Shown piece after piece: positions 51,050-64,000 of a DNA stretch of 64,000 nucleotides (positions are counted from its first letter, which is position 1; the number at the start of each line of letters is the position of its first letter). The notes under the pieces are model-generated. The model worked only from the letters and a program-made list of their open reading frames with translations, did not search any database and was not told the DNA's origin. The DNA lies in NCBI GenBank assembly GCA_973895155.1, contig OZ316897.1, positions 13,701,375-13,765,374 of the forward strand, given 5' to 3'. Both the position numbers and the translations under genes were made by a program. This DNA is from Marsupella aquatica (Eukaryota > Plantae > Marchantiophyta).

Positions 51050-53492
51050 CTATTCTTGAGGGAGATGGTGACCATTGCTGGCATGCATAGGGGATAGGCT
51101 AGCCATAAGATTCGCTGCAAGGACATATCGAGAAAGCTAAGCCTCGTACGAAGTTGGGCTTCACTTTCCAATAGAGATTTTACACTACTGGTAAACGGGA
51201 CAGTAGAAGATGTTCATTTCGCAGCTTATGTGGTTGATGTTAATAGTGATACAGCACTTGTGTTTCTATCTGCAAAGGTTGAAATATATTGATGGTCATC
51301 TTGTGAGATACTTATCTTTTACTGTAAAACCTTGCTTAATTCTAGTGAGGGACATAGTACTTAACAAATCTTACGGGTAAGCAAATATGACAATTGACGG
51401 CTTTAAAGCAAGAATAAGTGCGGGGTTGAGACCAGTGTTGGGCCGGTATAGGGTCAGAGGTACCTTTACCCAGCTGGTATGACATAAATCTCCCTTTATG
51501 CATGGCATATATAGATAAAAACTAGGTTGAGAAAATCTATACCTCCAAGGCTAGGTGTAGAGGAGGGTACAGGAAGAGCTGATATCAGCCCTGCCAAGTG
51601 TCAAACAAGGCGATACCTGCCAGGTTAGGTTGTATATTGCAATATCTTACCTTTACGGATAGGCAATAGAGTCACCCCCCTGGATTGGAGGTCTTCTCTG
51701 CCCGATCGACCAAAGTAAGATCATCACCATGGAAAGGGTCTATGTGTTTTCCAGGTCTGACCAAAGTACGAGGCAAGAATCACGCAACAATGGCAATTCC
51801 GATGAGAGTTCATGCTTTATGCTCCCTCCAATTGCCGTCACTTTACATTCGGGGATGATTGTTGTACATGAGCTGCTGATTTCCACAAAAACGTTACAAA
51901 ATACTGTTGTCAGGAGATGACTGTTGTAATGAAGAAATGTACCACGAGACAAGGTAGCATTTTGCTACTCCTGACGAAATTTTGTCCGTTCTACTTCTGT
52001 CCGTAATTAGGAGATTCTGTAACCAAACCAAACCATGAAATGTTTGTTGTGCTGGATCCAGCCGAAGCAAATCTGTTGCATGATTAAAAAAACATACCAG
52101 CTCACAGTACACGTTTCAGCCACACAAAGCCAAACACAGGAGGAAAACAGTCCAAAATAATTTCAAAGCATGAGTGACACAAATTAAACTTTGGTAATAT
52201 GCAAGAAACGACGCATTTGAAGGAAGGAACTTGTGAAGCCTTGGGATATTTAAACTTGGTGGACAATTGTGTGCCGGGTGGGCTTCCGTGATAAACTACC
52301 AGAAGCCACGTTACAGAACCGTCGGTAAATAAAGAAGTTTTTTGACACCACTGACTTCAATCAGGAAATTCACTCTAGAAGAATGGTACAGAGGTCTCTG
52401 CTAATCGTCAATCGTAGATTCAGGAACCCACGACACTGGTCATGTCTAGAGAGTACTTTGCACTGTGCAAGCAACTTTTGCTCCAGTACCACAAATGAAG
52501 ATTAAATGCGCCAAAAGACTGACAACTTCGGAAAACCCCTACCAAATGGTTGAAAGATTAATTGGGCGTGTACAACATTTCTGAACTCCTCTACCGCCCC
52601 GACATCTCTGTCATCCAACGTTCCCGTGTCTACCCAGACTGCTTGATTGTGATCCAGTCTAGATCTGCAATGTCTTTGAGGATGATCTCTCTAGTCAACT
52701 GTGAGTCTCTTTGAACTTCACCTGCTTCTTCAACATCACATTAACCGTTATAAACATGCTTCATTGATACACTCATAGTCTTACGTGAGTATACATTCGT
52801 TGCATGTGTGGGTAGAAGGGACCATCCTTGAGACACTCTTGTGAAGTAGTCTTCCATCTCAAAAAGAAACTGTTATATTGCGAAGGAAGTGAAAGATGCA
52901 ACGATCATGTAATCATTTGTATCATAACGTTGAGCATAACCTAGCCAACGGATAGAAATAGACGGAAGCAGAATAGAGTGGGTCAAGGCAAGGATGTAGT
53001 TTCAAATATTTGCTTCTCCCACAAGACAGCGTCGTTTCTGAGTTAGCCACGCAGGCAGGGAGTAATATGCAGTTTGGTCAAGACTGACAAATAGCTGCAC
53101 ATAAAAGAATTGTGCTATGGAAGGAGATGTCATTTCTTCCATAAAAGGCAGGCATTTTTAGACGAGGAAATTATCTAAAAATGTTCTGTTGCTAACTCCA
53201 AGAAAAATTAGGGTTGCAAGACAGGCAAGGTGTATGGTACAGGGCGGGCTAGAGGACGATGAGATTTGGCTCCCATGTGAGCATTAGAATCAAAAAGGTG
53301 CCACGCAGCAATGATGAGCAGAACAGGTATTATCAGGAGTGCCAGGAGGACTCCACGCTTTTTAGCAAGCTCAGCTCTGTACGCAGCTCGTGCCACAGCT
53401 GAAGATTTTTCCCTTTTGCGCAATAGACTGGAATTATCCGAATCCACCTCCTCGCTGTTGAACGCCTGCATCTCAATGTCTTCCCCTGACAT
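51050..53492 (-). pseudogene. Probable decayed gene for a type II membrane protein
   Basis: ORF 53492-53208: acidic cytosolic N-terminus with SSLL, basic stretch, one TM helix (GVLLALLIIPVLLIIAAW). Downstream exon-like blocks have GTAAG donors (~52784, ~51650) but contain stops. Family not recognised. Confidence 0.35.
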
Positions 53493-54574
53493 TTCCCTAG
53501 CCAAATTCAGACCAAATTAGACATCCAGTCGATTCCCTTGCCCAACTTATGGCTCCGTCTTTGAGTAAATGTATCGGACGGTGCAAAAGTGCTGCTGCTA
53601 GGTCGTCTCCTGCTTGTCCGCCTTTTGCATTCTGTGTGCACCAGGCAAACAAACATGCAGGCTTAGATTTCGTTACTCACTACCTATGAACTTCTTGCTT
53701 GCCCTCCTCCAGCTGCTTCTCTGTAAATTACGAGGTTTCAAGTGGCCCCTGGGAGCCAACTAGGGCACAAGTTGCAGAGACAATTAGTGTTCAGCCGTTA
53801 CTGCGCTTCTACAGGCCAGCCTACTGCACATGGAAACCATACATTTCAACAATGGTACACTTGAATCCGTCTACAGGAATAAGTTACCAATTTGACTGGC
53901 AGTAGATAATCTTTGCGTCGTCCAATGTCCTTTCTATGGAGGACCTACCCACAGGCCTATCCGTTATGGTTCTCAAAAATTCAGTCAGACCATCTATTCC
54001 TTCTGTTTGGGCACACGACTCTGCTCGGTTGCTCCTACCAGGAGAACAAGCTTGGATTTGGAAGTTCCTCTTCCTAGGTTTGTTCTGACATAATCTCTCC
54101 TTCCCAGATTTATTCCCTCGGTGCAACAACTGCTTTTTGCTTAGTTTGCTGTGCCACACCATTACCAAAACCTCTACGGTGGGTGTCTGTCACAGTTTCC
54201 CCAACTATGTGTAAGATTGGCAACCCCTGTTCACTGCTGAAGACTACAACGTGATAGAAATATCCCGCAAATTTTCCTATGCCCTTCCTCTTTGCCTTTT
54301 CATCGACTGCTTCGACTTCTCTCGTCAGGATCGGTGCGCTTCTCCACATAATCACACCTTCTCCACAGAAATCACAAACTCACGCCATCTGCCTCATCTA
54401 TTACTAACCAATTCTCTGTGCAAATGTTGAACTGGCCCTCCCCCAAAATGCTCGAAAGATACAGAGAGGCCTGGAAGATCTACATCCCACCTTCCTATGT
54501 ACAAGTCTAGAGGTGTGGAGAACTCATCGAGGCCTTACTTTTGCATGCACAATCTCATCTCAGGGCATCCGCAT

Positions 54575-54735
54575 GAATTTCGCTCTCTGGCTCATCATTT
54601 CCTGATGCTCAGCTCAGATCTTGTGAGCTTCCGTAGAACCCATTCCAAGAGATCCTACTGCTGAAATTTCGCGCTCTGGCTCATCATTTCTTGATGGAGA
54701 GAGATTTTGTGAGCTCCTGTAGAACCAATTCCAAG
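54575..54735. repeat. ~90-bp tandem duplication
   Basis: ATTTCGC.CTCTGGCTCATCATTTC.TGATG...TTGTGAGCT...GTAGAACC.ATTCCAAG occurs twice. Confidence 0.75.
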
Positions 54736-56809
54736 GAGACTAGGAGAGATGACATTGCTGAGTCAGAGTTGTTGAAGGATAAGCTCAGTGGAGGGTGGAC
54801 CAGTGCTATAAGTAGGTGCACACAGTGAGGTTGCTACTATTGTTCCCCTCTTTTAGGTTGTCCTTATTTTGCACCTCTTTTCCCTCCTTTTTTGGGTCTC
54901 TTGCCTTTGTCCGCTCTTGTCCCTGTTTTGTCCTTTCTCTTGCCCTCTTCGTTCCCCTTTTTCTATCTCCGTATAGGGTCTCTTGGCTTCAGGACACTGT
55001 CTCCAGGTTTCATGCTTTCCATTCTCTTGGCACTGTGATATGGATTTTTCTGTTGGTTTGAGAAAAGGGAATATTGGCAGTGTGATATTTCTTATTCGTC
55101 AGGGTGGCAAAAACGCCACTTAGTGCAAGGAGAAGATGCTAATAATATTCCTTATCTAGTTTTCATAGATTAATTGTAACCATAGAGCTCCCTAGATCTA
55201 AAGATGATACTGATAGTCACCTTCTGGCTAATGGGGTTTTTGGCTAGGTGAGAAACTACTGAATGTAGCAGCCGAATGCATACATCAATCGAACTACCGA
55301 ATGTATACATTGATGTCCGAATGTATAGTTACATCAACCAAACTACCAAATGGGGTTTTTGGCTAGGTGTCAAAATGTTGATTTTACGTGCCTACCTTTT
55401 GGTATATATATTTTTTCTAAGTGTGAATGGTGCATATAACATGCATTGGATTTACAATCACAATCTTACTTCTATGTTGAATATGGTATTGTTTGGTTCA
55501 TCTGGGCAGGCTTTGATGCCAAGTGTCTTTGTAAAGTTGACACTAATATTTTATCTCTCAAGTGTGAACTATGCATACAACTTGTCTTGCATTGTGTACA
55601 CATCACAATCTTATTTTTATATTGAACATGACACGCTTTTGTCCATTTGGGCAGGCTTTAGCGTCAAGCTTCATTGTGAAGCTGGGGGCAATATTTGTTC
55701 TTACTTTGAGATAGAAATAATACAATATGCATCGTGTATCCCAGGCACATAATTATCATTCGATTTTGTTGTATCTATCTTGAACACTATAGCCACGAAG
55801 TATTCTAAAAAGATGAGAGGCTGCCACAAGCTCCTTAACTTGTAGTTGGAATACAATAACCATAATTATTATATTCAACCAGACTAGAAAGCCCTTGTGC
55901 TAGCTTCATTGCGGCTAGGGGGCTATGGCGCTTGCGTGATCCATGCACGGGTTGACATTACTACATTGCAGGCCCAACCACTATATAATACGCCTACTCA
56001 GTCAGTCCAAACTGTGTAATGCACCCTTTCATAAGAACATTTTTGTAGGGAGTGGGCCTAGAGGTCCATTGGGAGAGAATTTGCATGTTTGGGTCCACTG
56101 GGTGAAATTTTGCATGTTTTGGTAGGTTAAAGTAAAAAAGTTGTGTAAGTTGGAGGTACATTAGGTAAATCCGTCTCATTTAAACTTTGACGGTTGAAGA
56201 GTACCCTAATCCCTCTTGAAAATTTTGGTGCTTCATGGTGATCGAAGAATGCACAGACCAGATTTGGGCAGGGCTTTATGAACCTTATCATCTCATCGTA
56301 CTACAAATATTAACAATGGAATTTTTTATCAAGTGTTCAAGAGTATTAATAGCCCCTCAAATTAACTGGTCAGGAGCTAATGCCATCATTTCTCAGGGTG
56401 TTCTAATGTCCAATAATGATCTGCTACCAGTAGTTACTGTATACTGTATTAATGCCCTTCATGATTCTTTTCTCTTTTTTATTTTTGGTCCTTTTATTAG
56501 AAGAATTCACTGTCCAGATTTGGACTGGGGAATTACAGAACTTCTTCCCTACTTTTACTAGAAATCGTAGAGAAAAATCATAGGCCTTTACATGTATTAA
56601 CACCCTTGGTGGTCCATGGGAGTTTGGGGTCTGTAACTTGATGATTATGAGCACTAAATTATTTTTGGTTTTGCACCTACAAGGTAAATAGAGAAGGAGG
56701 AGACCTAGAAAACACAAGCCCAAATACCTCATATTCACTCAATGAAATCTAGTGCCATAATTTATCACTCCTCATTTTATGATGTAAAATTCAACAAAAC
56801 TGGTCAAAA

Positions 56810-57225
56810 ATTCACTCTCATCTTGATGATGTTTTACCCATTTGTTGTGGAAGTTTTTGGGGCTTTTCACCCTACATTTGACAGTTTCCTACAATCTTGT
56901 GTAGTTCATTATGTTGAGCAGACTGCAGAGACCGTACCCGGCACTCGTACTTCAGTGGGCTCCGGCTTTCACCATTCTTTGTAAGAGTGAAGCACTTAAG
57001 TTCTAGGGTGTCTAGGCAGATTTCTTTGCTTGACTCTTGTATGCACTTCACTTCTGAGCTCTACCAAGCTCTTCAGTTTGCCAATAGGTACTAGGGTTTA
57101 GGTCTCCGTCTGCCTTTTGATTGGGTTCTTGCTCTTTGGTTGCCTTCCCTTGATTATGTCTTTCGCCTGTCGGATCAAGTCTCCCGTTTGGGTGCCTTTT
57201 GTTCTCTTGCAGATTGATATATAAA
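56810..57225 (+). mobile_element. 3' fragment of an RLE-type (CRE-like) non-LTR retrotransposon
   Basis: FYPFVVEVFGAFHPTFDSFLQSC resembles the F.P..VE..G motif of the C-terminal restriction-like endonuclease region. Followed by a T-rich 3' UTR-like tract. Confidence 0.5.
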
Positions 57226-57769
57226 TAGTGTAACTTACCTATTCCTCTAACATATCCCCAAAACTGAAAAATATTTTATTTATGAATATCAACTTATTTT
57301 AATTTATGAATATCAATTTATTATTTCTTGGAAATGTGGTCCATGGGGGTTTTAATGACAAACCTTGTGGTCCATGGGGCTTCAATTCTTTTTCTTTAGA
57401 TACATTGGTAAATTATTAAATTTCTCCTCTGTCTTTGTTAAACATAATTTTGTTAGGCCTTTATATAACTTAAGCCCTCTTACGAGGAGTGCGTGAGAAA
57501 AAGATTTTGACAGATTCCCGTACCATGAATGAAATAATAATAGGTAGCCGCCAGTTTTACACCTCTTGTCATTCTTGATTCTCCAGTACACTCACTATGG
57601 CACTTACTTACTCTGGAGGCCACCTTGAGTCCTAGACATGACAGCACAGCTGAAAGATTTAATTGTGTACTCACGTAATTGCTCTCTCATTAATTTTGCC
57701 TAGATCGGATCGGCGCGAATCTTATCGCACGGCATCCCAACACAGGCTTCTTTCAACAAATTCCTTTCC

Positions 57770-57843
57770 GAGCTTCAATCTGTCGGCAATGCAAATTGCG
57801 CAAATTCTTTTGCGAGCTTCAATCTGTCGGGAATGCAAATTGC
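57770..57843. repeat. 44-bp period duplication
   Basis: GAGCTTCAATCTGTCGG(C/G)AATGCAAATTGC at 57770 and 57814. Confidence 0.85.
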
Positions 57844-58446
57844 TCGAGCTGGATTTCCTCTCCTTACTGAACGTCCTTCAATTCTTCCATTCGAGAGTGT
57901 ACCATTTTCTTCGCTGGTTAGCTGCGTAGTAGGTGAAGGTTTCATTGTCGACGTAGAACAACAATTGCAGCTGGGCAGCAGGAGGAGCGTGCAGTAGAGC
58001 ATGTGAGGTACATTTTGATCTCGATCCCGATAGAGATGGAAGCAGAAGGCGCGGCCTATCCATGGCCGCCAGACATGGAACGCCGACGTGTCGCTGCTCT
58101 TCAGAGGTTTCATCGCAACAATCCGCATTACAAAGTACAGGTAAATCATGCATAATTGGACTCACACATCACAGCTCTAACCGGCGTTGCCTTGGTGGAA
58201 GATTGCTGAATTGCCTTACAATTGGCTAAATTTTAGTTGACTAGAAAGTGTTTCTCGTTACTTAAGCTTGAAGCATTTTAGAGCTGAATTACTTGGTGCT
58301 GATGAAAAGCGAGAAGTTTGGTTATGATTTCGAATATTGATTCCATTACGTCGGCACATGTTTGGGATAGAGGGATTGATGGGCTGGTTCTCAGGTTCTG
58401 TCACCGTTTCATTTAGTCATCATTGTGTTTCTGCGCGCAGCAGTTC

Positions 58447-59876
58447 ATGTCTGAGGAATTGCAGGGGACCAGTCGGCCTCGAACTCGAGGCGAAAAACGT
58501 GGGCTGCTGTCCTCAGCGAATCGCCTGTCGTTGGCGGCGGTGGAAGACAGTCCAAAACGCTTCGACAACCGATGGTGCCTGGCAACCACATTAGAGCTGC
58601 TAGAGCACATGAAGGCGTACGTGCGCGAGCACAAGGTCCGTTGCATTGGCGAGGACGTGGAGAAGTGGAAAGCAATCGCAATTCACCTGACCAATCCTCG
58701 CGGTCTGGAGCTGGGAAGACTCGCGCGGAGCTGCATGGTGCTTTCTGTTTCGCTTCACTACAAACACCTGAGCTTAGAGTCATGACTACTAATTTCTCCA
58801 TGATCTACAGTACATGGCTACCTAGACAGTGTCTCAGCAAATCGGATTATTCCTATTAGGTTGATGATGAAATCCAGATTTAAGAGCCTGATACTATACC
58901 GCGGAAAGGACTGCATCTCAAAGCTGACTCATGTAAAGTACACATAAATGATGAGAAAGCGCAATCAGGACATTCAATGCAACGTCAAACAACTTTATCG
59001 TTCCTGTAAAGTGTGTAAAGTGTATGCTTCACAGGTAATTCAATATTTAGATTGGAAACTTATAGCAACAGTGTCCAATAGCGGTTGTAGAACATGAGTT
59101 GGCGAAGGTTTCCCCTCCGAATGCTTCCAATAAATGCTCCAAATGTGTCTAGGTGATCATCTTCAGATACGAACCTCAGAGCATAGAATAGTCTCCAATC
59201 TAGCCCATCAAAGATGATGGATGGTCACTTCAAATCGCATTACTTCGGAAGGGATTGAGGAAAGGCTATACCTGTCACTGGACCTCGCATAATGGCTGTA
59301 TGAAACAATTCTAGCGAAATTTCGGGAGCAATTCCGGTTGGTGAAAGAGAATTACCTCAATCCATACGTTCAAAAGGATCAGGTCGGAAAGTTTCTAACG
59401 AACTTTAGAGTAGTGTCAGATTGTTCAATGATCGAGTTTATTGAAAGCGTTCGTGGGCTCGAATGCAGGTTCGATTCGATAACCTTCGGCGATATTTTAG
59501 AGTAGGTTGGGTGGCCCGAATGGAAGTTGAAATTCAGGATAGTCTCGTTGACTATTTCCAGGTTTGCGAGGGACAACAACCTCCGGTTTCAAACAAGAGA
59601 TCACAGGTGCGAGCACCATTGAAGCTGTCTACTGTGAGTATTGCATTGAATAGGTACAGAAGAGCATCCTGGCCAATCCTTCGGCCTACTACTGCGACGG
59701 AGAAATTCCATCATGGGCGGACAGCTACTTATAGTAACGAGAAAGTGCGTGGTGGCGATGATCATGCAATGTCCTCGGCAGATGACTTGAGTGGTAGCAG
59801 TGACGACGACGCAATTGGGTCAAATCCAGCTGCACTGGGAATCCACACCCAACATCGAAGGACTCGGAAACGCTGA
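58447..59876 (+). pseudogene. Myb/SANT-like (trihelix/MADF-type) DNA-binding protein, possibly disrupted
   Basis: RWCLATTLELL...EKWKAIAIHL...R.ARSCM joined via a GT-AG intron (58738-59468) to VRFDNLRRYFR completes a W...W...C..(K/R)(W/F)DNL SANT-like fold. Acidic tail; coding-like sequence continues past the stop with further stops. Confidence 0.55.
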
Positions 59877-60479
59877 CCAGGATGTCGATTCCACCAGCTG
59901 CTCCGGGGAAAGAACCTAGCGATCAAGAAGATGCAAGAAAGGGATATGGTACAGTTTCTGGAGTGGCTCAAAGCGGATTATTAGAAGGCTCGTCGAACTT
60001 CTACGCCTTCCGCTTAATTTGATGTAAGGAAATCTGAGCTCAGTACTCCGAGAGATGGGTGATTCGATGAATGAAATGTCTCAACATAAGCATACTTCGT
60101 GAGAGGTGGACGACAAGATTACAATTGCACTTAATATCAAGTGTCCGTAGAGGGTACTTAGGATCATTTAGGTGTGAAGATTTTGGGTCAAGAACGAGTA
60201 ACCCACATGGATTATTGAAATGTGGAGCACAAGTCCTTGGACAATGTTCGAAATGCGGACTTTCGGTGCGTGAAGTCCAGACTCCTTCATGATGTACCCG
60301 CAACGGACTTCAACCAAAAGTTCAAGCAATCAGACCTCGAGTCCCTTCTAACTCAGAACTGGAACTTATTGGCTAGCTACCGAACCTGGGGACAAAATCG
60401 AGTGAACACAGCTAAACCAGATAGAACCATAGGGAGAAATCTAAACACCCATTCATGTTCGGAATTTAATTCTAAGGCC

Positions 60480-60645
60480 TTTTTGAGAGCCTTCTTTTAG
60501 AGTCTCCATTTTGAACTGGAGAAACCTAAACACCCCATTCATTTTTGGAATTTAATTCTAACTCCCCTTCGGTTCCAAACATGAATGGGGTGCTAAGATT
60601 TTTCCAATTCAAAATGCAGACTCTAGAAGAAGGCTCTCAAAAAAG
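60480..60645. repeat. ~70-bp-stem inverted repeat (fold-back)
   Basis: 60480-60550 pairs with 60572-60645 with about 8 mismatches and a ~21-nt loop. Confidence 0.9.
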
Positions 60646-61771
60646 CAAATTCCCAGAGGAAATGTTCACCAATTCATGGATTCCACTGAAACATAAATTT
60701 ATCCACTGAATTGCACTGAAACATAAATTTTGTCACGGACACTTCAAACTTCCAATCAGAGCCAACCAAAGCTAAATAAAGTTCGAGAGGAGGCCAAAGC
60801 TAAATAAAGTTCGAGAGGAGCCTTTTTAGATTGATGACTTGATTGCATGTTTGCCTAACTTTCGTCACCTAACAAAAGTCTCGTAACTAATTGTCTGCAA
60901 TCTGCAACCGTAGTAGTTTATGTTAAAATGAAGAATTTTTTAATTTCCATATATAGTTACATCATTCTAGTGCTTCACTATTTAACTTATTGAAAAATAT
61001 ATAAAAACTAAGTTATATTATCATTTCTAACTTTATTAAAATATAAATTTTGCATAAGATATTGAAAATATAAAGTAACCATTTTAAACTTGCAATTATG
61101 AAGAGCATGTGAATTGAAGCCCATTGAAATCAAAGTTTGTGCCCAGGACAGGTGCGGGCCCAGAGGAGTTTGTTGGTCATGGAAATGTCAGAATGATTCA
61201 CATTTACACATATAATTAAGGTACAACCTTTGTTCTATACATATATGTGATGCAACGGTAGAGGAGTCCATTTTAACCCCTTGCATAGGGGGTAGAGCCC
61301 CTTGTGCCATGCGGCTCTGTCTAGGAATATTCTTGATAAACAGAGAGCCATTTTTTTACAGGCCGTCGCCATTGCTGATAGTCAAACGAACACTTTTTCT
61401 GTTCATTTTTTGGCAAGGATGTACCTCTAAAGTTGGTAACGCAATGCACCAATTGAATTCTGGTTCGGACATTGGGTGCCCAGCGACATTTCAGTGATTC
61501 TCCATGGAGGTCAGAAATGGGGGAGTTTTGGGGAAGTTTCAAGGTTTTAACCACCCCGTCAAATTTGATCATAACTTTTGACTTGGGATTCGGATCAGAG
61601 TTCTAACTTGTGCGGTGACAAGCTATTTCAGGAGGTGTAGTAGTGGTGTCATCGGATTTTCATTTGGTGAACTTTCATTTCTCATTCAATTCTTGGGAGC
61701 TATGGCTTCTAAGAAGGTGACGGTACGCATATCTGGGAGCCAGTTTCCTACTTATGTTCCCGTGGTATTGC

Positions 61772-64000
61772 TCATGGTCTCAACTGCAACCAGACGCTCT
61801 CCCCAATTTCAAAGCTTACCTGGCATCGACGTTTATCCCCTTCCTCCTCGTACCAACTTTGGGCAAGGATCATACCCTTGGTAGCCGCTTCCACAACTAG
61901 GCGCCGCTCTCGAATAAAATCATCTGCAAAAAGAACCTTGCTTTCCGTCTGCCAAGCTTCCGGATTTGTGAACCAGGAGGGCGCCCTTGGCGTCCTCCCT
62001 ATGGCCAACACAAACAGCGCAAACCCCATTGCCGAATGCTTGGTCGAGCTACACCTAAACTCGGCCATTGTTAAGTGCTTTGCCCAATCCTTTTGATTGG
62101 CCGTGACAAAATGATGCAAGTAGTCCTCCACGATACCATTCACCCATTCTGTTTGGCCATTTGTCTCATGATGATACGCTGATCCCCTGGTAAGGTTTGT
62201 GTCGGATACCGGAACCACGCCTTCCAGACATGGCCCGTGAACTTGTTGTCGCGATCGGATAGGATACGCAACGGCAACCCCCATTGTCGGAAGACATTGT
62301 CAAACACTAGACTGACAACCTCTCAGGCCGAAACCATTTTTGTAGTTGGCAAGAAATATGTCATCTTGGAAAAAGATCCATGATTGTTAAGATGGAGTTA
62401 CTGCCGTGAGACTCAGGTAACCTCAGAATGAAGTCCATGGAGATGGACTCCCATGGAGCCGCGATTACTGGTAAGGGTTAGAAGTCCTCCTTTTGCCCTA
62501 TAGACCGTTTGGTTCTTTTGGTATGAGTAACAACTTTGCACATGACGAAGAACCGATTGCTTCATGTCCGGCCAATACCCCGGCCAATACACATCTCGCA
62601 ACATGCTGCGATACATAGCAGCTTGTCCGCCATGCCCTCCCCAAGGAGAGTCGTGGTACTTTTTGACCTCCCAAGGTTGTGGCATCACCCGCATCGCCCT
62701 GGTTTTGCTTGGTCAAATTATCCACAATGACGTCCGACTCGACATTATCCTCTGGTTCCGCATCCAACCCTCTTAAGGCTGGGATCAGTCCCTCTTCTGG
62801 GTCTTGACCCTCTTCCTCCGATTCCATCTTTGAACCGTTGTCGCTTATATCCAAGTCGGTGCTATCCTCGCTTGACTCGTTCTTTGGAGGATTGGCCACC
62901 TCCTTCCCTTTAAGCTAACAACACTCCGCACTTGACGTGTTTGCTGTGGCAGTCAACAGTTCAGCCACCATATCCTCCCCGTCCCGCTTGTAGCATTCAT
63001 CCAGGGAAGTCAATCCGTCCTCCTTATGTTCTTTTTGAACCTATGCTCTTCCCTTAGCGTGAAGAGCCTTCTTGCCACTCTTTGATCGAGTGTTCTTCAC
63101 CATGTCTCCAGCGACTGAATCTGCCCATAGGCGACCCGCCGAGCACGTTGAAGAACTCAGTCCCCGCAAAAATCCATTAAGATTTTTGGATTCCGACCTA
63201 GCACAACTCTGGCCTGGTGTCTATGCCGGCAATTGCTTTGATACCACAAGTGGTGGACCTTGCCACCTAGCACCCTCACCAATCCTAGCACCCACGCCTA
63301 AGTGCCCCTAGTGCCCAAATACCTCCACGAAATACCTCGAGCAAGCAACCTAGTGCCCCTTGCACCGCCTCCGGCCCTTCCCATACGAAGCCGCACTTGC
63401 TCTCCTCACGTCTGCACAAGCAACCAAGCGCCTCCGTAAATAAGTAACCCCCTCAAGATCTAGATCTCCCAAGTATAGCATCCTAACTCAAGCTCAACAG
63501 ACATTGGTAAGTAGGTCAATGATAAATCCTCCCGATGCCATAAGCCGGAACAAGAACCGACACCCATTGTTCATCTAGAACAACCCCTTCGTTGGGTGCA
63601 GCCCGGGTTCCCCCTCGTATCTATCCGTCACCAACTGACTGCCCTGCCCCCAGGACATGCTCATGGCCCATATAGCATAACTTGTACTAAAGCTTGTCCC
63701 AACACGTCGGGACCAGAATGGCCCCGACTCTAGCAACCAACTCTCGATTCTTGCCCCATTGATGGACTAGGGGCCAAGTGCCCTTGGAAATCAACCTCCA
63801 CGCCTACTTGGTCTTGCCTCCCCAACGCAAGCTCCCTTGGGAGATTGAATACGGTTTGGCTACTATTTTGATAGGATTTGACAAGCAGGCGAGATAGCCC
63901 CCGCAACCCCGCAAACCTATGACACCCCTAGACCCAGTTGAGCTCAAGAGGACGTAGCCCTCCTTGAGAGATTTCCAACACACCCAAGAAATCCTCCAAC
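61772..64000 (-). mobile_element. Internally deleted Ty3/Gypsy LTR retrotransposon (5' LTR, PBS, gag start, integrase)
   Basis: LTR 63251 to window end; PBS at 63246-63235; gag-like start at 63103. Integrase zinc finger HDSPWGGHGG...YWP.MK..V..HVQSC..YQ (62694-62500) and core SAYHHETNGQTEWVN..VEDYL...DW..HL..AEF (62284-61772). Frameshifted. Confidence 0.9.
63235..63246 (-). promoter_or_regulatory. Primer-binding site complementary to initiator tRNA-Met
   Basis: Minus strand reads TGGTATCAAAGC (consensus TGGTATCAGAGC), 4 nt from the LTR edge. Confidence 0.85.

Noticed and set aside
55276-55752. 158-aa hydrophobic ORF
   Set aside because: AT-rich degenerate internal duplication with no family motif; likely non-coding repeat.

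Overview
Eukaryotic nuclear DNA from a land plant. Gene content and intron-rich structure suggest a bryophyte-grade or other non-seed plant, but that is inference. Five intact genes can be reconstructed with in-phase splice sites: RNA polymerase II subunit RPB7 (-, 6573-8147), the mitochondrial ATP synthase 6-kDa subunit (-, 13792-13971, single coding exon), RHIP1-like (+, 20963-24521), chloroplast PIFI (+, 26926-31184) and arogenate/prephenate dehydratase (-, 35691-38866). The intergenic space holds a decayed L1 LINE, solo LTRs with exact 5-bp TSDs (one nested in another LTR), an internally deleted Ty3/Gypsy element, MITE-like families, several 80-130 bp tandem arrays and a few decayed ORFs. 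The most notable observations are an inverted copy of the RPB7 5' end just downstream of RPB7, a Crypton/DUF3504-like remnant, an RLE-type non-LTR fragment, a hairpin-bearing satellite directly upstream of PIFI and a ~70-bp fold-back. No CRISPR array, rRNA or intact tRNA was found. No complete novel system is proven from sequence alone. All family assignments are from recalled motifs, not database searches.
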